Below, in pieces: positions 12,994 through 26,536 of a stretch of DNA of 64,000 nucleotides (positions within the stretch are counted from its first letter, which is position 1; every line of letters begins with the position of its first letter). The DNA is from Geosiphon pyriformis uo1 (taxonomy: Eukaryota > Fungi > Glomeromycota). The stretch lies in the NCBI GenBank assembly GCA_016748015.1, contig JAAOMT010000607.1, positions 1 to 64,000 on the forward strand, in the 5' to 3' direction. The position numbers and the translations under genes are program-made. The notes under the pieces were generated by a model. That model was not told where the DNA came from, did no database searches, and saw nothing but the letters and a program-made list of their open reading frames with translations.

Positions 12994-14634
12994 ACCTTCA
13001 TTTTAGCATTAAATTAGAAAATAGGAAAACTTAATTCTCTTTTCAATAATATTTTCAATACCCTATGTACGCTTTTTTATTCTGTTTGTATTTTGAAAAT
13101 TCCAGGTTTTTATTAACTCATTTCAGAGTCCCTCACAAGAGTATAGACCTTACTCAATTTTTAGAAATATTGATATTTATTTCCTTATTTAAAAAGTTTT
13201 AGAATGTTGGTTGAAATTATTTTAAATATGATAATTTATGATTATTAATTCCCTCCTAATTTTTCATTATGAGTTATCTTAAAAGATGTTTCAATTTTTA
13301 TTTATTAAAATTTTTACAAATCGGTATATGTATTTTAAATCGCAAATAAATCTTTTTTCCCATTTCCAATATCATCACGTTTCATTCAAAATATCAAATG
13401 TCAAAATTGAATGTCAATTCTATTTTTTATCTACATTAATTTATAACCACAACCTTACGCCTAAATAAAAAAAATCGGTTTTTTTACTTTTTGCTCTAAC
13501 TCTATCATCAAACACCAACACTGACAATTTTTTAGTTATGAATATATTATTTTTATAAATCTGCTGACTTTTCAATTCATTGTTGTGATTATTTTAAAAT
13601 ATCAACTTACAAAGCAAACAATTAGTTTTAAAAAAGACTTCATGTGTTATCTTTAAAACTTTTATTAATCGAAATATCTAATTGTTGTAGGTTAGGTTTA
13701 ATTCTCTAAGACTAATAAATTAAGAATAATCATTTGATGCATAAGAGAGATTATATTGGTTAAGCTAATTTGAAAATTTTCATATCTGATAAACTTTAAA
13801 ATCAAACAGTTTATACAAGCAATGATACCTTAGTAAACACCAGGGTGTGGAATCCAATTAAATCAAACTTTTTTGAATTATAAATACTTAGACGACCGGT
13901 CTTTATGCGACTTGGAGCAACTTTAATAAACCTATCTTTTTTTTTGACCACTATCTTAATTATTCTCCAATGCTAAAGCATTGCTAATTTTTAAAAAGTT
14001 TTTATGTGTTAGTTACTAATCATTATTATTTTTTGATATCGTATTGCTTTGCAAAACATGCTTTCAGATGCATCTTTGAAGAATATTTTTCGCTTATAAC
14101 ATATTGATCATTTCAAAATGATTACTTTATATTCTTTGACCATATTAGTTTCTACTAACTTAATTTTTATGCTAAGTACCTGGGTATTATAAAGCATTAT
14201 ATTTTAATGTCTTTCTCCATCTTTTATAAATATAAATTAACAATCAATTTGGCTGAGTCCAATAAAATAAATAAAAACAGTTCCTCTTAAAATTCTCACT
14301 AAGAACAAAATCAAGGGTATATATTTCGATATCATTTGTAGAATATAAAGTTTACTAAACAGAAAAGCTCCCAAAACTCCCAGATTCAATATTTTACAAA
14401 TAATCAAATTTTTTTTTTAAGCTCTTATACTGTTTGGAGTAGTTTGTAAAAAAAGATATGGTCTTAAAATGTATATTTTGTCAATGAAAAATGGTATTTT
14501 GTAAAGTAAAAAACGGAATTTGGCTTATTTCACAAATTTTCCAAGCCAATTCTTAAAAATTATCTGAAAGATAAAAAATTTGTCTTTAATTTGGGCACAT
14601 GGCTTTTAAATATGCGCCTTACATACTATTGTTT

Positions 14635-17600
14635 CTTATCCTCATAATTGTGGCAGAAGTTTTTGAAGATGTAATATATATTGAAAGTATTAGATTTTTG
14701 CATAATATGTTGGATTTTATAAAGTAATTAGTATTTTAATATTTTTAAGTTTTTAGCTTTGAGAATTGCTATAAAATGTTTTAAACAAGGTTAAACACAT
14801 AGTAGAGAATTTGGTTTGAAGGTCAAGAAATTTTTGTCTCATAAATGTTGAATTCATTAAATTTTTGCCAACTTTTAGCCTGCTAAATTATAAAAGAATT
14901 GTGACTTGAATTTTATTGGTCGAAGAATACATTCATTCGATAAGAGTGACTTCTACATTTATATTATCCTATTTGATGCCAGGGTGTATCAATTAAATAT
15001 ATTACCCAATATTTCAAAGTTACTTAATCTTAATTTAATGAGCTGTTAAACTTTTATTAATAATATTGGCGATTCTACATCTTTTAACCCAATATTTATT
15101 GCAAAAATCAGGTTTGTTTTTCTTCAATTCTAATTTGTCTATGTATATGACCGCTTAATGGTTAAAAGACATATTATTCTTTTTTTTAAAAAATGTATTT
15201 TAAAGTCAATATAATAACTACAAGTTCAGTCAGAGTTAATAATAAAACTTCACAAATCTTTATGCTAACACCAGTGTCGATAATATTAAAATAATCAACA
15301 GTTTCTTCAACAAGATTTAAAACTAAGTTTTTTAATAAAAATCTTAATTGTTTTATTTTCATATTTTTTCAGTTTTTTTTAATATTAACAAGGTCCAAAA
15401 TAAAAAATTCATGCCGTTCAAATTTTCACATATCACAACAAAAACAGTTATTTTTTTATTAGCATTATTAGCTATCAGATGTTCAATATATAGTTAAATA
15501 AATTGAGATCAAAATCTTTAGAATCTATCTTTTTGAATTTTTGAAAGTAGTCAAGTTCAATATTAAATTTTTTTAATTGTTTAGTATATCTTATACCAAA
15601 TTTTTTTTAAAGCTTTAACAAATGGCAATATTTACTATATCTAAAACATTTAAGATTAATATATGAGATCCATATTTGGAGAAATATAAATTAATATTAT
15701 TTATGTTAATTTATAATTTATTAAAAAGTATTATTTTATCTGTTAAGTAACAATTAATAAGATTATTTTTATTTTAATTAATATCAAAAACATCTTTTTA
15801 GATTTTCATTTCATTATATGTAAGTTTATAAATCTGTGTTCAGTAAATTATCATTACTAATTTGTATTCTAATTGAATTGATCATTAAATAATGAATTGC
15901 CGTATTAGGAAATTTTTTAAGCAGATTTGTTTTGAGCTTTAAACATTTTGTGATTGCAAAGCTTATTTGGGTTTAAATAACTTGTTTAGCCCATATATAA
16001 AACTGGTTGGGTTTAATAAAAAATAAAATACATTAATAAATATTTGGATAAAAATTGGTCAATAAAATAAATTGAAACAAAACTTTTTTAATTTGACATC
16101 TTAACAAACACATAAAATTTGATACAATTAACATAAAACAATTAGTCTGCATACTTATATTATAAAACAATAAATAGCAAGTTATCAATAATTAAATATA
16201 AAATACCAAATATTTAAGCTTTATTTGTATTAAATATAGAAAAATAAAATTATATAATTATATTTTAAATGTATTATTAATACAGAAATAGAAATAAATA
16301 TTATATAAACTTGTAAAGCTGTTTGGTAATCTGTTTTGAATTTTTGCTTAGTAAATTCAGAGTTTTTCAATAAAACTATAAATTGGCTTCTAAAAATTTA
16401 CCCAATTTTAACAAAAAAATTAGTTTTAAAAGTTAGAACAACAATACATTAAAGATATTTAAATGCATTAAAGTGGCTATTATTAAAGTAGCAAAATTTG
16501 TCTGCTTAATTTTATTAGTTTATAGAAAAAAAGTGTAAATACAAAATATAAAGACAAAAGCAGATTATAAGAAACAGAGTTGAATACCTAATGTTGATTC
16601 AATTGATATTTTTATAGTTTAGACTTTTTATGATTAGTTTTAGAAATTATCTATTTATATTTAATCATATGGGTTAGCCATTAATGTTATTTATATTAGC
16701 AACTTTACTTTTAGAATTAATTATTTATATAATCATTGATTTGATTATTAACTTGATTATTAACTCAATTATTAGATTGATTATTGATTTGATTATTCAC
16801 TTAATCAATTGTTCTTTTTAGAAAATNNNNNNNNNNNNNNNNNNNNCTTATCCTCATAATTGTGGCAGAAGTTTTTGAAGATGTAATATATATTGAAAGT
16901 ATTAGATTTTTGCATAATATGTTGGATTTTATAAAGTAATTAGTATTTTAATATTTTTAAGTTTTTAGCTTTGAGAATTGCTATAAAATGTTTTAAACAA
17001 GGTTAAACACATAGTAGAGAATTTGGTTTGAAGGTCAAGAAATTTTTGTCTCATAAATGTTGAATTCATTAAATTTTTGCCAACTTTTAGCCTGCTAAAT
17101 TATAAAAGAATTGTGACTTGAATTTTATTGGTCGAAGAATACATTCATTCGATAAGAGTGACTTCTACATTTATATTATCCTATTTGATGCCAGGGTGTA
17201 TCAATTAAATATATTACCCAATATTTCAAAGTTACTTAATCTTAATTTAATGAGCTGTTAAACTTTTATTAATAATATTGGCGATTCTACATCTTTTAAC
17301 CCAATATTTATTGCAAAAATCAGGTTTGTTTTTCTTCAATTCTAATTTGTCTATGTATATGACCGCTTAATGGTTAAAAGACATATTATTCTTTTTTTTA
17401 AAAAATGTATTTTAAAGTCAATATAATAACTACAAGTTCAGTCAGAGTTAATAATAAAACTTCACAAATCTTTATGCTAACACCAGTGTCGATAATATTA
17501 AAATAATCAACAGTTTCTTCAACAAGATTTAAAACTAAGTTTTTTAATAAAAATCTTAATTGTTTTATTTTCATATTTTTTCAGTTTTTTTTAATATTAA

Positions 17601-19037
17601 CAAGGTCCAAAATAAAAAATTCATGCCGTTCAAATTTTCACATATCACAACAAAAACAGTTATTTTTTTATTAGCATTATTAGCTATCAGATGTTCAATA
17701 TATAGTTAAATAAATTGAGATCAAAATCTTTAGAATCTATCTTTTTGAATTTTTGAAAGTAGTCAAGTTCAATATTAAATTTTTTTAATTGTTTAGTATA
17801 TCTTATACCAAATTTTTTTTAAAGCTTTAACAAATGGCAATATTTACTATATCTAAAACATTTAAGATTAATATATGAGATCCATATTTGGAGAAATATA
17901 AATTAATATTATTTATGTTAATTTATAATTTATTAAAAAGTATTATTTTATCTGTTAAGTAACAATTAATAAGATTATTTTTATTTTAATTAATATCAAA
18001 AACATCTTTTTAGATTTTCATTTCATTATATGTAAGTTTATAAATCTGTGTTCAGTAAATTATCATTACTAATTTGTATTCTAATTGAATTGATCATTAA
18101 ATAATGAATTGCCGTATTAGGAAATTTTTTAAGCAGATTTGTTTTGAGCTTTAAACATTTTGTGATTGCAAAGCTTATTTGGGTTTAAATAACTTGTTTA
18201 GCCCATATATAAAACTGGTTGGGTTTAATAAAAAATAAAATACATTAATAAATATTTGGATAAAAATTGGTCAATAAAATAAATTGAAACAAAACTTTTT
18301 TAATTTGACATCTTAACAAACACATAAAATTTGATACAATTAACATAAAACAATTAGTCTGCATACTTATATTATAAAACAATAAATAGCAAGTTATCAA
18401 TAATTAAATATAAAATACCAAATATTTAAGCTTTATTTGTATTAAATATAGAAAAATAAAATTATATAATTATATTTTAAATGTATTATTAATACAGAAA
18501 TAGAAATAAATATTATATAAACTTGTAAAGCTGTTTGGTAATCTGTTTTGAATTTTTGCTTAGTAAATTCAGAGTTTTTCAATAAAACTATAAATTGGCT
18601 TCTAAAAATTTACCCAATTTTAACAAAAAAATTAGTTTTAAAAGTTAGAACAACAATACATTAAAGATATTTAAATGCATTAAAGTGGCTATTATTAAAG
18701 TAGCAAAATTTGTCTGCTTAATTTTATTAGTTTATAGAAAAAAAGTGTAAATACAAAATATAAAGACAAAAGCAGATTATAAGAAACAGAGTTGAATACC
18801 TAATGTTGATTCAATTGATATTTTTATAGTTTAGACTTTTTATGATTAGTTTTAGAAATTATCTATTTATATTTAATCATATGGGTTAGCCATTAATGTT
18901 ATTTATATTAGCAACTTTACTTTTAGAATTAATTATTGATATAATCATTGATTTGATTATTAACTTGATTATAAACTCAATTGTTAACTTGATTATTGAT
19001 TTGATTATTCACTTAATCAATTGTTCTTTTTGAAAAT
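14635..19037. repeat. Near-identical 2.2-kb direct duplication (14635-16826 / 16847-19037) around a 20-N gap; likely unmerged contig overlap
   Basis: The second copy starts on the first base after the Ns (CTTATCCTCATAATTGTGG). The mismatches seen cluster in the last ~110 bp before the gap. Confidence 0.85.
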
Positions 19038-19419
19038 ATATAAACAAGACTCTTCATAGCTGTAAAAAAGTATCAATTCTGACAATAATTATTTTAAACA
19101 CAATTAAGTTTTTCAATACAATATTTTGAATTTCCTTTCATACTTTTTGATCTGAAAAATCACAATTCTCTTTTCCTTTTCTTTTTTGATTCGTATTTGT
19201 GTTAGTTTTTGAGAAGGTGTGTTGAATAAATAATTACTAAAAAGTACAAAAGATACCTATTATTAAATTCTAAAAATGTCTACTGAAGCATAGTATTATC
19301 TCAGTGTATTATCTTTTGTTGACAATATGGATTATCTCTATCTTCAGATTCCTTTGAAAAGATTAGTGACTGAGCTTCTTATGAAACTGATCTCATATAT
19401 TAAATTAATAAATATTTAA

Positions 19420-19857
19420 TTCACTGACTGCTAAGCATTTTTGTTTCGAAATACTTGTATCTATTCACTGAAACTTAAGCTGATAAAATTGGAACCGACG
19501 AAGAATTTTTAATGCCTCAATAAAATTCATCATGATTCGAGAAAATTTATTTATCTCGTTAGATAAAAATAAAAACTTATCAATAAAAGTTTTTCATATT
19601 TTAAGCATTGGTTTTTAAATGCTAATGATATCCTAAGTCCCCAAATGTTATCCTGTGCTTATCTTGGTTTGTCAGGAAAAATTGATCGTCGACGATTCAA
19701 AAGATTACGTGTATTTTCATTTGGGAAATTTACCATTTGACGAAAATATTTGCTATTTTGATTAATAGACCTAAACTATATAAGGGAATAGATATCGAAG
19801 CAAGGTAACAGTAATAAGTTCAATATTCAAGAAAGTCATTTTTATTCATGTTTCAAA
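19420..19857 (+). promoter_or_regulatory. Upstream region conserved among the three lipase-like paralogues (also about 53078-53541 and 59470-59876)
   Basis: Shared blocks such as TTCGAAATACT, AACCGACGAAGAAT, AAAGATTAC(G/A)TGTA and TTTGGGAAATTT, plus a TATA-like CTATATAAGGGAATAG about 80 bp before ATG in copy 1. Confidence 0.55.
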
Positions 19858-21163
19858 ATGAAAATGCTTTCAGGTTTTTGGTGGTTGCTTATTTTGAAGC
19901 CTTTTCACATGGTGATAGTTTCCATAGCAGGATTTGACACAAAACGAGAAGCGAACTTTCCCGAGCATCTTCCAATCAGATATGTAGACCTCAGCCTCCC
20001 CAAAAAGGATTTCTTAAACATTACCAAAGAGCAAAAAAGGTCCAAAATTGGTGAAGACTTCAACTTTCAAAAAGTTTTAGTAGATGACCAAGAGCTCCTC
20101 GGGATGCTAGCTAATAATGCTTACTATGCAAGACAGGCTGCATGTCTTGGAGATGAGAGCGAGCGCCTATGGATGCGCTTTTTTGGTAAAATAATAAAAA
20201 TTTTTTGAAAATTTGAAATGCATCGATATTATATTTGATAATTTAAAATTTCAGTGGGAATGCCAGAAAGCTTAAATCCAACCACAGGAGCATATCAACA
20301 AATAATATGGACTTTCAAATCTAAAGAAAGGAGATACACTCATTGGAAAATGCAAAAATCGACCTTGATTGCTTATCTTAGAATAGAAGGGGCTTTGGTA
20401 GATGAAAGTCATTTTAATGCATGGTTAAAGGGTAGAAAATTTTTTTGGGCCAAGATGAGATACCTGAAATCAAAACCTTACTTTCATGTTAAAAAGAATT
20501 ACTTTACATTCACCGGTTTTGGGCGAGCGGGCAGTAAGTTGTATTTATAATATTAAATATTGTTGCATATGCATATTTTAAATTATTTTCATTTTGAAAT
20601 TTTTTAGTAATAGCAGTATGGGCAGCATTAGAAATTGCTTCTGAATATGCAGTTAAACCAACAGTTGTCACATTCGGCCAACCAAAAATGGGAAATATGA
20701 AATTTGCCCAATTTGTGGCAACTAAAATTACGCTTTATCGTGTCACGTACCGAGATGATTTTACCCCAAGTGTTCCAGCATATGGTTATGATATTGATAA
20801 AAGAGCAATTGAATATTCTCAATTGAGTGGTGAATATTGGATTCCATTTCAATATCAATGTGAATGCTCACCTCTTTTCACAAAAACCTCTGACTTAGAG
20901 CCACCAATAAAGTTTCCGTCTGTTTATAAATGTTTTGAGGTCGGAACATTAAATGAAAATCCGGTGAGGAAATTTAGAACCATTCCAAGGTCAAACGTTA
21001 TTTTTAAAATTTAATGCGTTCTTAATTTTTTTATATCTGCAAGGATTGTAATAAAAGTCGTAATAAACGCAGAAGAAAAGACGGTCGATTAGTTACGACT
21101 AATGAGGGTAATGATCATTTCGGACCTTATTTTGGATACATGATGGGAATATGCCCCTCATGA
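19858..21163 (+). CDS. Secreted class-3 lipase-like protein lacking the catalytic Ser, copy 1; about 360 aa, exons 19858-20185, 20255-20533, 20608-20963, 21044-21163
   Basis: Hydrophobic N-terminus; lipase_3 motifs TFGQPKMGN..FA, YRVTYRDDFTPSVP, GEYWI and DHFGPYFG; nucleophile elbow reads TGFGRAG instead of TGHSLGG. The spliced frame is open. Confidence 0.85.
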
Positions 21164-21639
21164 CCGGTTGATATTATAGTATACTCATTGACCCATGTAA
21201 TGCAGTTGTCTTAATTTGCTGATTGCTTTTTTATCAATTGACTGATTTCACTGGCCAAAGATTTCAAAAAAGAAAGTTATAATTCCCCCAAAAATAAAAT
21301 TAAATGGAAAAATATACTCCACCTCCTAAAAATATCCCGCAAACCAGTTATGGCAAAATTACCTGGCAAATTGTGTTCATCAATCAAATGTATTATGATA
21401 ATAAAATGGAAAGACATAAAAAGCAGTAATAAATAATATATTTGTAAGTTACAGGTTCAAAGCTTCTATTCTTACATTATAAATAGTCAATAGTTACTAA
21501 GACCTTTAAGAAAATTTACGAGAATCTGTCAAATTCTCTACATGAACAACATTTGGACAAGTGAATAGCAGACGCGAATTTTTGATAGATAGCACAAATC
21601 GATTAATTTATTAATTTTATAATCATAAGCATTGGTTTA

Positions 21640-22070
21640 CATACAATTGTTGAAAGATTCAATAAGACGCTACCAGAAATGCTTTATAAGATCTAATATG
21701 TTGTCAATCAATATCACTAAATTCAAAATTAGCTAAATAAGTATTCAATATGCTTGATTAGAGCTCAGAATTTTTCAAAATAGGGTTGGCTCCTGCAAAA
21801 GCCATCAATTTAAAAAAAGAGACTAAATTCTCAATAAAAATAAAGCAACTAAACTGGCATCAAGTTAGTAAAAGTGACAAAATTTTATTACCTGTTTGTT
21901 AATGCAAAGTGAGAAGAAAACTTTGAAAGCTAAAGGCATACGACAGATTCAATATGAAGTCTGACTTTATTTCAAGTTCAAAAGATTATAGTTTTTTAAA
22001 ATGAATTTGTGTTGTATTATTTAGAAAATTTATATGCTTCAACACACACGTTTTAAGTAAAGAACTAAAC
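21640..22070 (+). mobile_element. Degenerate DDE (rve) integrase C-terminal relic, Ginger/Maverick-like
   Basis: Translates IVERFNKTL.EMLYKI, GLAPAKAI, RHTTDSI*S (cf. RATDPIWS) and VLYYL, with stops. Confidence 0.55.
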
Positions 22071-23269
22071 TATTTTCTCAAAGTATATTATTAGAATATT
22101 AACACGCTGAATTATTTTACTTCATTTGTGTTTCCGCTAATAGGCTAGCACAAACTGAAGAATATATTAAAATATTCATAAAAACCTGTTTCAAAGCTAC
22201 TTTATTCGAATGTTTAAAACTATTGTCCTTGAATGGCTTGAATAAAGCTCGCACTTCAAATTGGAGAAATGGTTCAATATTCTTTTTTGCCTCCAAAATT
22301 TGAAACTAATTTTGTATAAGCATTAAAGCTTCTTTTTTTTTAGTCATAAATCTTAAAGGTTTTTTGCGATAAACTTTTTCGTGGCAATGCAATTTGGAAT
22401 TTAAAGTTTAGGTCATAAATGATATATTTGATTGATATGTAAAAACACCATATATAGAACATGAATAAACAATAATAAAGTGCGATCAGTTATCAGCTCA
22501 CAAATGTTTATTGAATTTTTATAATCTTTTTGGATTGAAAAGAAAATTATAATTTATAAATATTTTTGGAATACACTGTCTCAGAGTGATAAAATTTTAT
22601 AAAATAAATTAATATTTAAAAAACAATAATTATGTATTTATTAGGATTGAAACAGAATTGATTAATGAAGTCTTCTAAATAAATAATACTTTTTGAAGGA
22701 ATTTTTAATTAATTTCAGTAGGAAAGTATTTTTCATGGTTTATACGAAGCCTAAACCGTTTTATTATCACCATTTTTGTTACACAAAAGAAATCACTTTC
22801 TAAACGTACTATCAAATGAAGCTTTAAAAAAATTCTCTTCGAATAATAAACCTATTTGATTTTATTCTTTATCAGCACTTATTCACACTTATTGAAAACC
22901 TTGAAATTAAAATAACTCTTCTGGAAGCACATCATTGCACCCTATGTGAAAATGTGAAGAGAGCATTCAAAACAATAAAGAGAAACGGTGTAGAGCATGC
23001 CAATTCTTATTTTTTGAATTCAGTCTTTGAAACTTAATAAAAAACTTTGGAAATGATACAAGAAATTTTTTGTTTTAAAAAAACCACAGTAATTCTCAGA
23101 TAATAAGGTGATTAGAGTTATACAAAAAAATCGATGAAATCTGAATTTATTTATAGTCTGTGCTGCCTTTGTAAGGTATCTATATTTTTCTAATGTAAAT
23201 AATAAGAAGTTTTTTTAACTTCAAATCAAAACATAAATTAAAATATATAAATATTGAAGAAATGTTCAA

Positions 23270-24318
23270 TCAAACAAGCAGATATATGAATTTATATAGA
23301 CATTTCATAATTACAATTCCAAAATATGCTCTTACTAGTTGAAAATTTATAAGATGATGTTTACTAGTTCCAAGGTAAATAAAGGTATAATTCTGAGATG
23401 AATTAGTTAATGTTTCCATGCTATTTGTTGCATTTACTTTTGAATTCGCATTCGGCTCTGAATTTTTTGTTGAAAATGACATACTGGTTGGAGTACTCGT
23501 TATTAAAGTTTGTTTGGCTGGTTCTTGGTGATTTAGACCAGAAGTTGATGTCGCTTGACTTTTTCAAGGTACATAAATATAATTTTTGATTTAGTATATA
23601 ATTTTATTAGAATATTGGGACTAAATAGGTGATGCTTAGATAATATTTCAAGTTCGCTTTACTTGGTTTTCTCTAAACCTTGTAATGCCCCTTTAAATAG
23701 AAAGAATTAGAAATCAGTTTTTTATTAACTTCAATGACTTTGACTCTTTTCTATGTTAAAAATACTTACCAGATGGGTAGAGTAACAGACGTGTTATATA
23801 TCGCAGGGTAATATTGAAAACTACCACCACCATCATTTTTATTGCTATTGAAATTGGAATTCCCAATATTCCAATTTTTGCTGTTATTGTTATTGTCATT
23901 GAAACTTCTATTATTCCCATTTCCGTTGCAATTGGCATTGAAACTCCCAAAATTCAAATTTTTTTAGTTATTTTCATTGTTAATACCGATACCGAATGCT
24001 CCATTGCTATTTGAACCTGATTCAGGAGTGGAGGTAGGGTTAGGAGTTAAACTGGTGATAGCGGCGCCAATAATATCATTAGTCGACCAATCAGAAAGCT
24101 GGAACAATTTGCGATGAGAGACTACAAAAAAATTTAGGTATAAATTTCGAAATTCAAAACAATTTTCAAAGATGTAATTGAATTTCATAATATTTTCTAT
24201 TTTAATAAAAATTTACAAACCTATTAGTTTGCGCCATTACAAAAACCTTTGCCCTGTTCATGAAAATTAAGAATAAAATAATACATTGGAAAACCCCAAA
24301 AAAACGAGCATTGGTCAT
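23270..24318 (-). pseudogene. Putative secreted Ser/Thr/Asn-rich multi-exon gene with an in-frame stop; 3' end uncertain
   Basis: ATG 24318 with hydrophobic leader (MTNARFFGVFQCIILFLIF). ORFs 23964-24188 and 23766-23957 are in the same frame, separated by TAA. GTAAGT donor near 23769 and an S/T-rich downstream exon. Confidence 0.4.
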
Positions 24319-24441
24319 TTCTAAAAAAGAAATATGGTTTTTTGCTAGAAAATTAAAATTTCAATGTTTTTTTTAAAAGATTAGAAATGCGGTTATTCAA
24401 TATTTTCGTGTTAGGAAACCTGTCAAGGAATTTTACAATAA

Positions 24442-24491
24442 AATATAAATGGAAATCAAACAATATAAATGGAAATCAAACAATATAAATG
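24442..24491. repeat. 20-bp tandem repeat, about 2.5 copies
   Basis: AATATAAATGGAAATCAAAC repeated. Confidence 0.8.
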
Positions 24492-25629
24492 AAAAAAAGA
24501 GAGGAAAGTGAAATTTAGCTTTAACACTATTGCAATTAATGCTGAACTGAACAAATGTTCACAATTAAAAGAAAATATTAAGTCTTGGAATGAATTCTTA
24601 AAAGTTATTTATATAGTAATTTGATAAATTAGATTGGATTTTAGAGTCATTTTTGGTTATTGCTCTTTTTTTCTTTGCAAAAGCTTTATCTTTGTTATCC
24701 ATACATAATATTTCAATGATCCTTACTTTTTTTTAGATTTGAAGCAACAAATACGGATTCATTGAACGTTTTGATTTTGATTTTGATTTTCATTTTCATT
24801 TTCAATCGTAGAATGTGAAAACAGTGTTACACACTTTCTTGCTTACATTTTAATTTTCATTTTCATTTTCAAGCTAGCTTAACCTTTAATTTGGGCGGTT
24901 TTAACCCACTTTCTTTTTTACATGAAGAGTTATAAAGATTATTTTGTAATTAAGCCTTTTGCTATCTCAATAAAAAAAGTGCTAAATAGCAATTTAAAAG
25001 GTTTTTTCTAAAATATTCATTACCCACATTAAAAGACTGCATGTATATAATAAAAAAAATTTATTAATTAATATATATGCGCAAAAAGGGATATTTCCAA
25101 AGTGATCTTCCCTCATTCAATCAGTCGCCCGAATGATGATATAGCCGAAATTCAAATTTGATCACGCCACCCTCGCTCTTTTCAGAGTGTTCATGTATAA
25201 TTAGTTGTCATACAAATTAGGTAATCAAGAAAGTGATCCTTATTCTTTCGGCGATTTCATAATTTGAACTTGACAAAGTTTAAGTCCTCAAAGTGACAGA
25301 AACAAAGGTTTCCCTTTTTTACCAAATTAATATTTAAGTGAAATAAAGCCATTTTGGGCGTAAATTATCAGGCTTTGTGCTTCCTGACCAGTGAAAACAC
25401 AATTTTGTTAAATAAATATCATGCTTTGTACTTCACGTATAATGAAAAACACACTTTTTCTTAAATATGTTCCACATTGGGTTTCCACTTTTTCTTAACG
25501 TTTCAGGCTGGACCGAAGCATATATTGATTTTATTTCCTTCTCAATCATACATTGTGTTTCTGGATTTACAGAGCTTTACTTTTTTTATATTTTTGGAGA
25601 GATTCAAAGCTTGAGGCGAAAACATTAAA

Positions 25630-26257
25630 ATGTTAAAATCATACTTTCTGAGAATGGTATGGATTTTGGCTTGTTTTTTTTCTTTGGGTAAGTTTTGCCC
25701 CATTAATTCTATGGTTTTTTAGTCGATAGATAAGAGAATGTACGATATTCTAAAACATTGAAAACTCTATAGATCAAAAAGTTTTAGGACAAAACTCAGA
25801 AATTGAAGGATCTCAAGGGTTTGATTTTGCCAAAACCCAAATACCAAATCCAATAGGCGTAATTACACCTACTTCATCTATTCCGTCAATAACAGAACCA
25901 AGAAATGTTATTTCTTCTACGAAATCAAAGATGCCTTTATCAAAATCTACTACAAAACCAATAACCTCTATAAAAATAACTTCGTCCCCATCGTCCGATT
26001 CAACATCTAATCACACAAAAACATCACCCACAGATTCAAAACAAAATAGCTTAAACACATCAAAAGAAACAATGACAGAAGCTCCAAAACAGAATAGCGA
26101 AATCCCGGGAAGAAAAATAAATCTACCGAATATTGGACCTATTGTTGTAGCTTCTAGTGTTGGTCTCTTGGTTTTGATTGTTCTGACCGCAACTTTATTT
26201 ATGACGAAACGAAATCCTCAAATAATCGAAGAAGTTTCAGGTGATAGTAAAGCATGA
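25630..26257 (+). CDS. Mucin-like type I membrane protein (signal peptide, S/T-rich stalk, one TM), about 180 aa, exons 25630-25687 and 25773-26257
   Basis: MLKSYFLRMVWILACFFSL followed by a GTAAGT..TAG intron in phase with ORF 25931; TM IGPIVVASSVGLLVLIVLTATLFM followed by TKR. Confidence 0.75.
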
Positions 26258-26536
26258 AAAATAAACATTTGATATAGGAAATAGTAGAATTTTCAATGAA
26301 TAAATTCTTAATTTGTAGAAATGATAATTTTTATTTTTCATCGTGAATTCTAATAAGCGAATTTATTCCAATTTCATTAATAAAAACTTGCACTCGCATT
26401 GAAACATGATTAAATTTTATCAATTGAAAATACACAACAATTATCTGGTCAAATTTCTTCAAATTTTTCAATTAAAATACACAGAAATAAATGCTTATTC
26501 ACTGTAATTCTTGGGAATTAACCTCATTACTTTGGT

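Larger units (their letters stand above)
10860..13720. repeat. Inverted segmental duplication partner of about 20-2090
   Basis: About 13340-13720 is the reverse complement of about 20-520, and about 10860-10960 matches about 1950-2090, in addition to the kinase homology. Confidence 0.8.
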
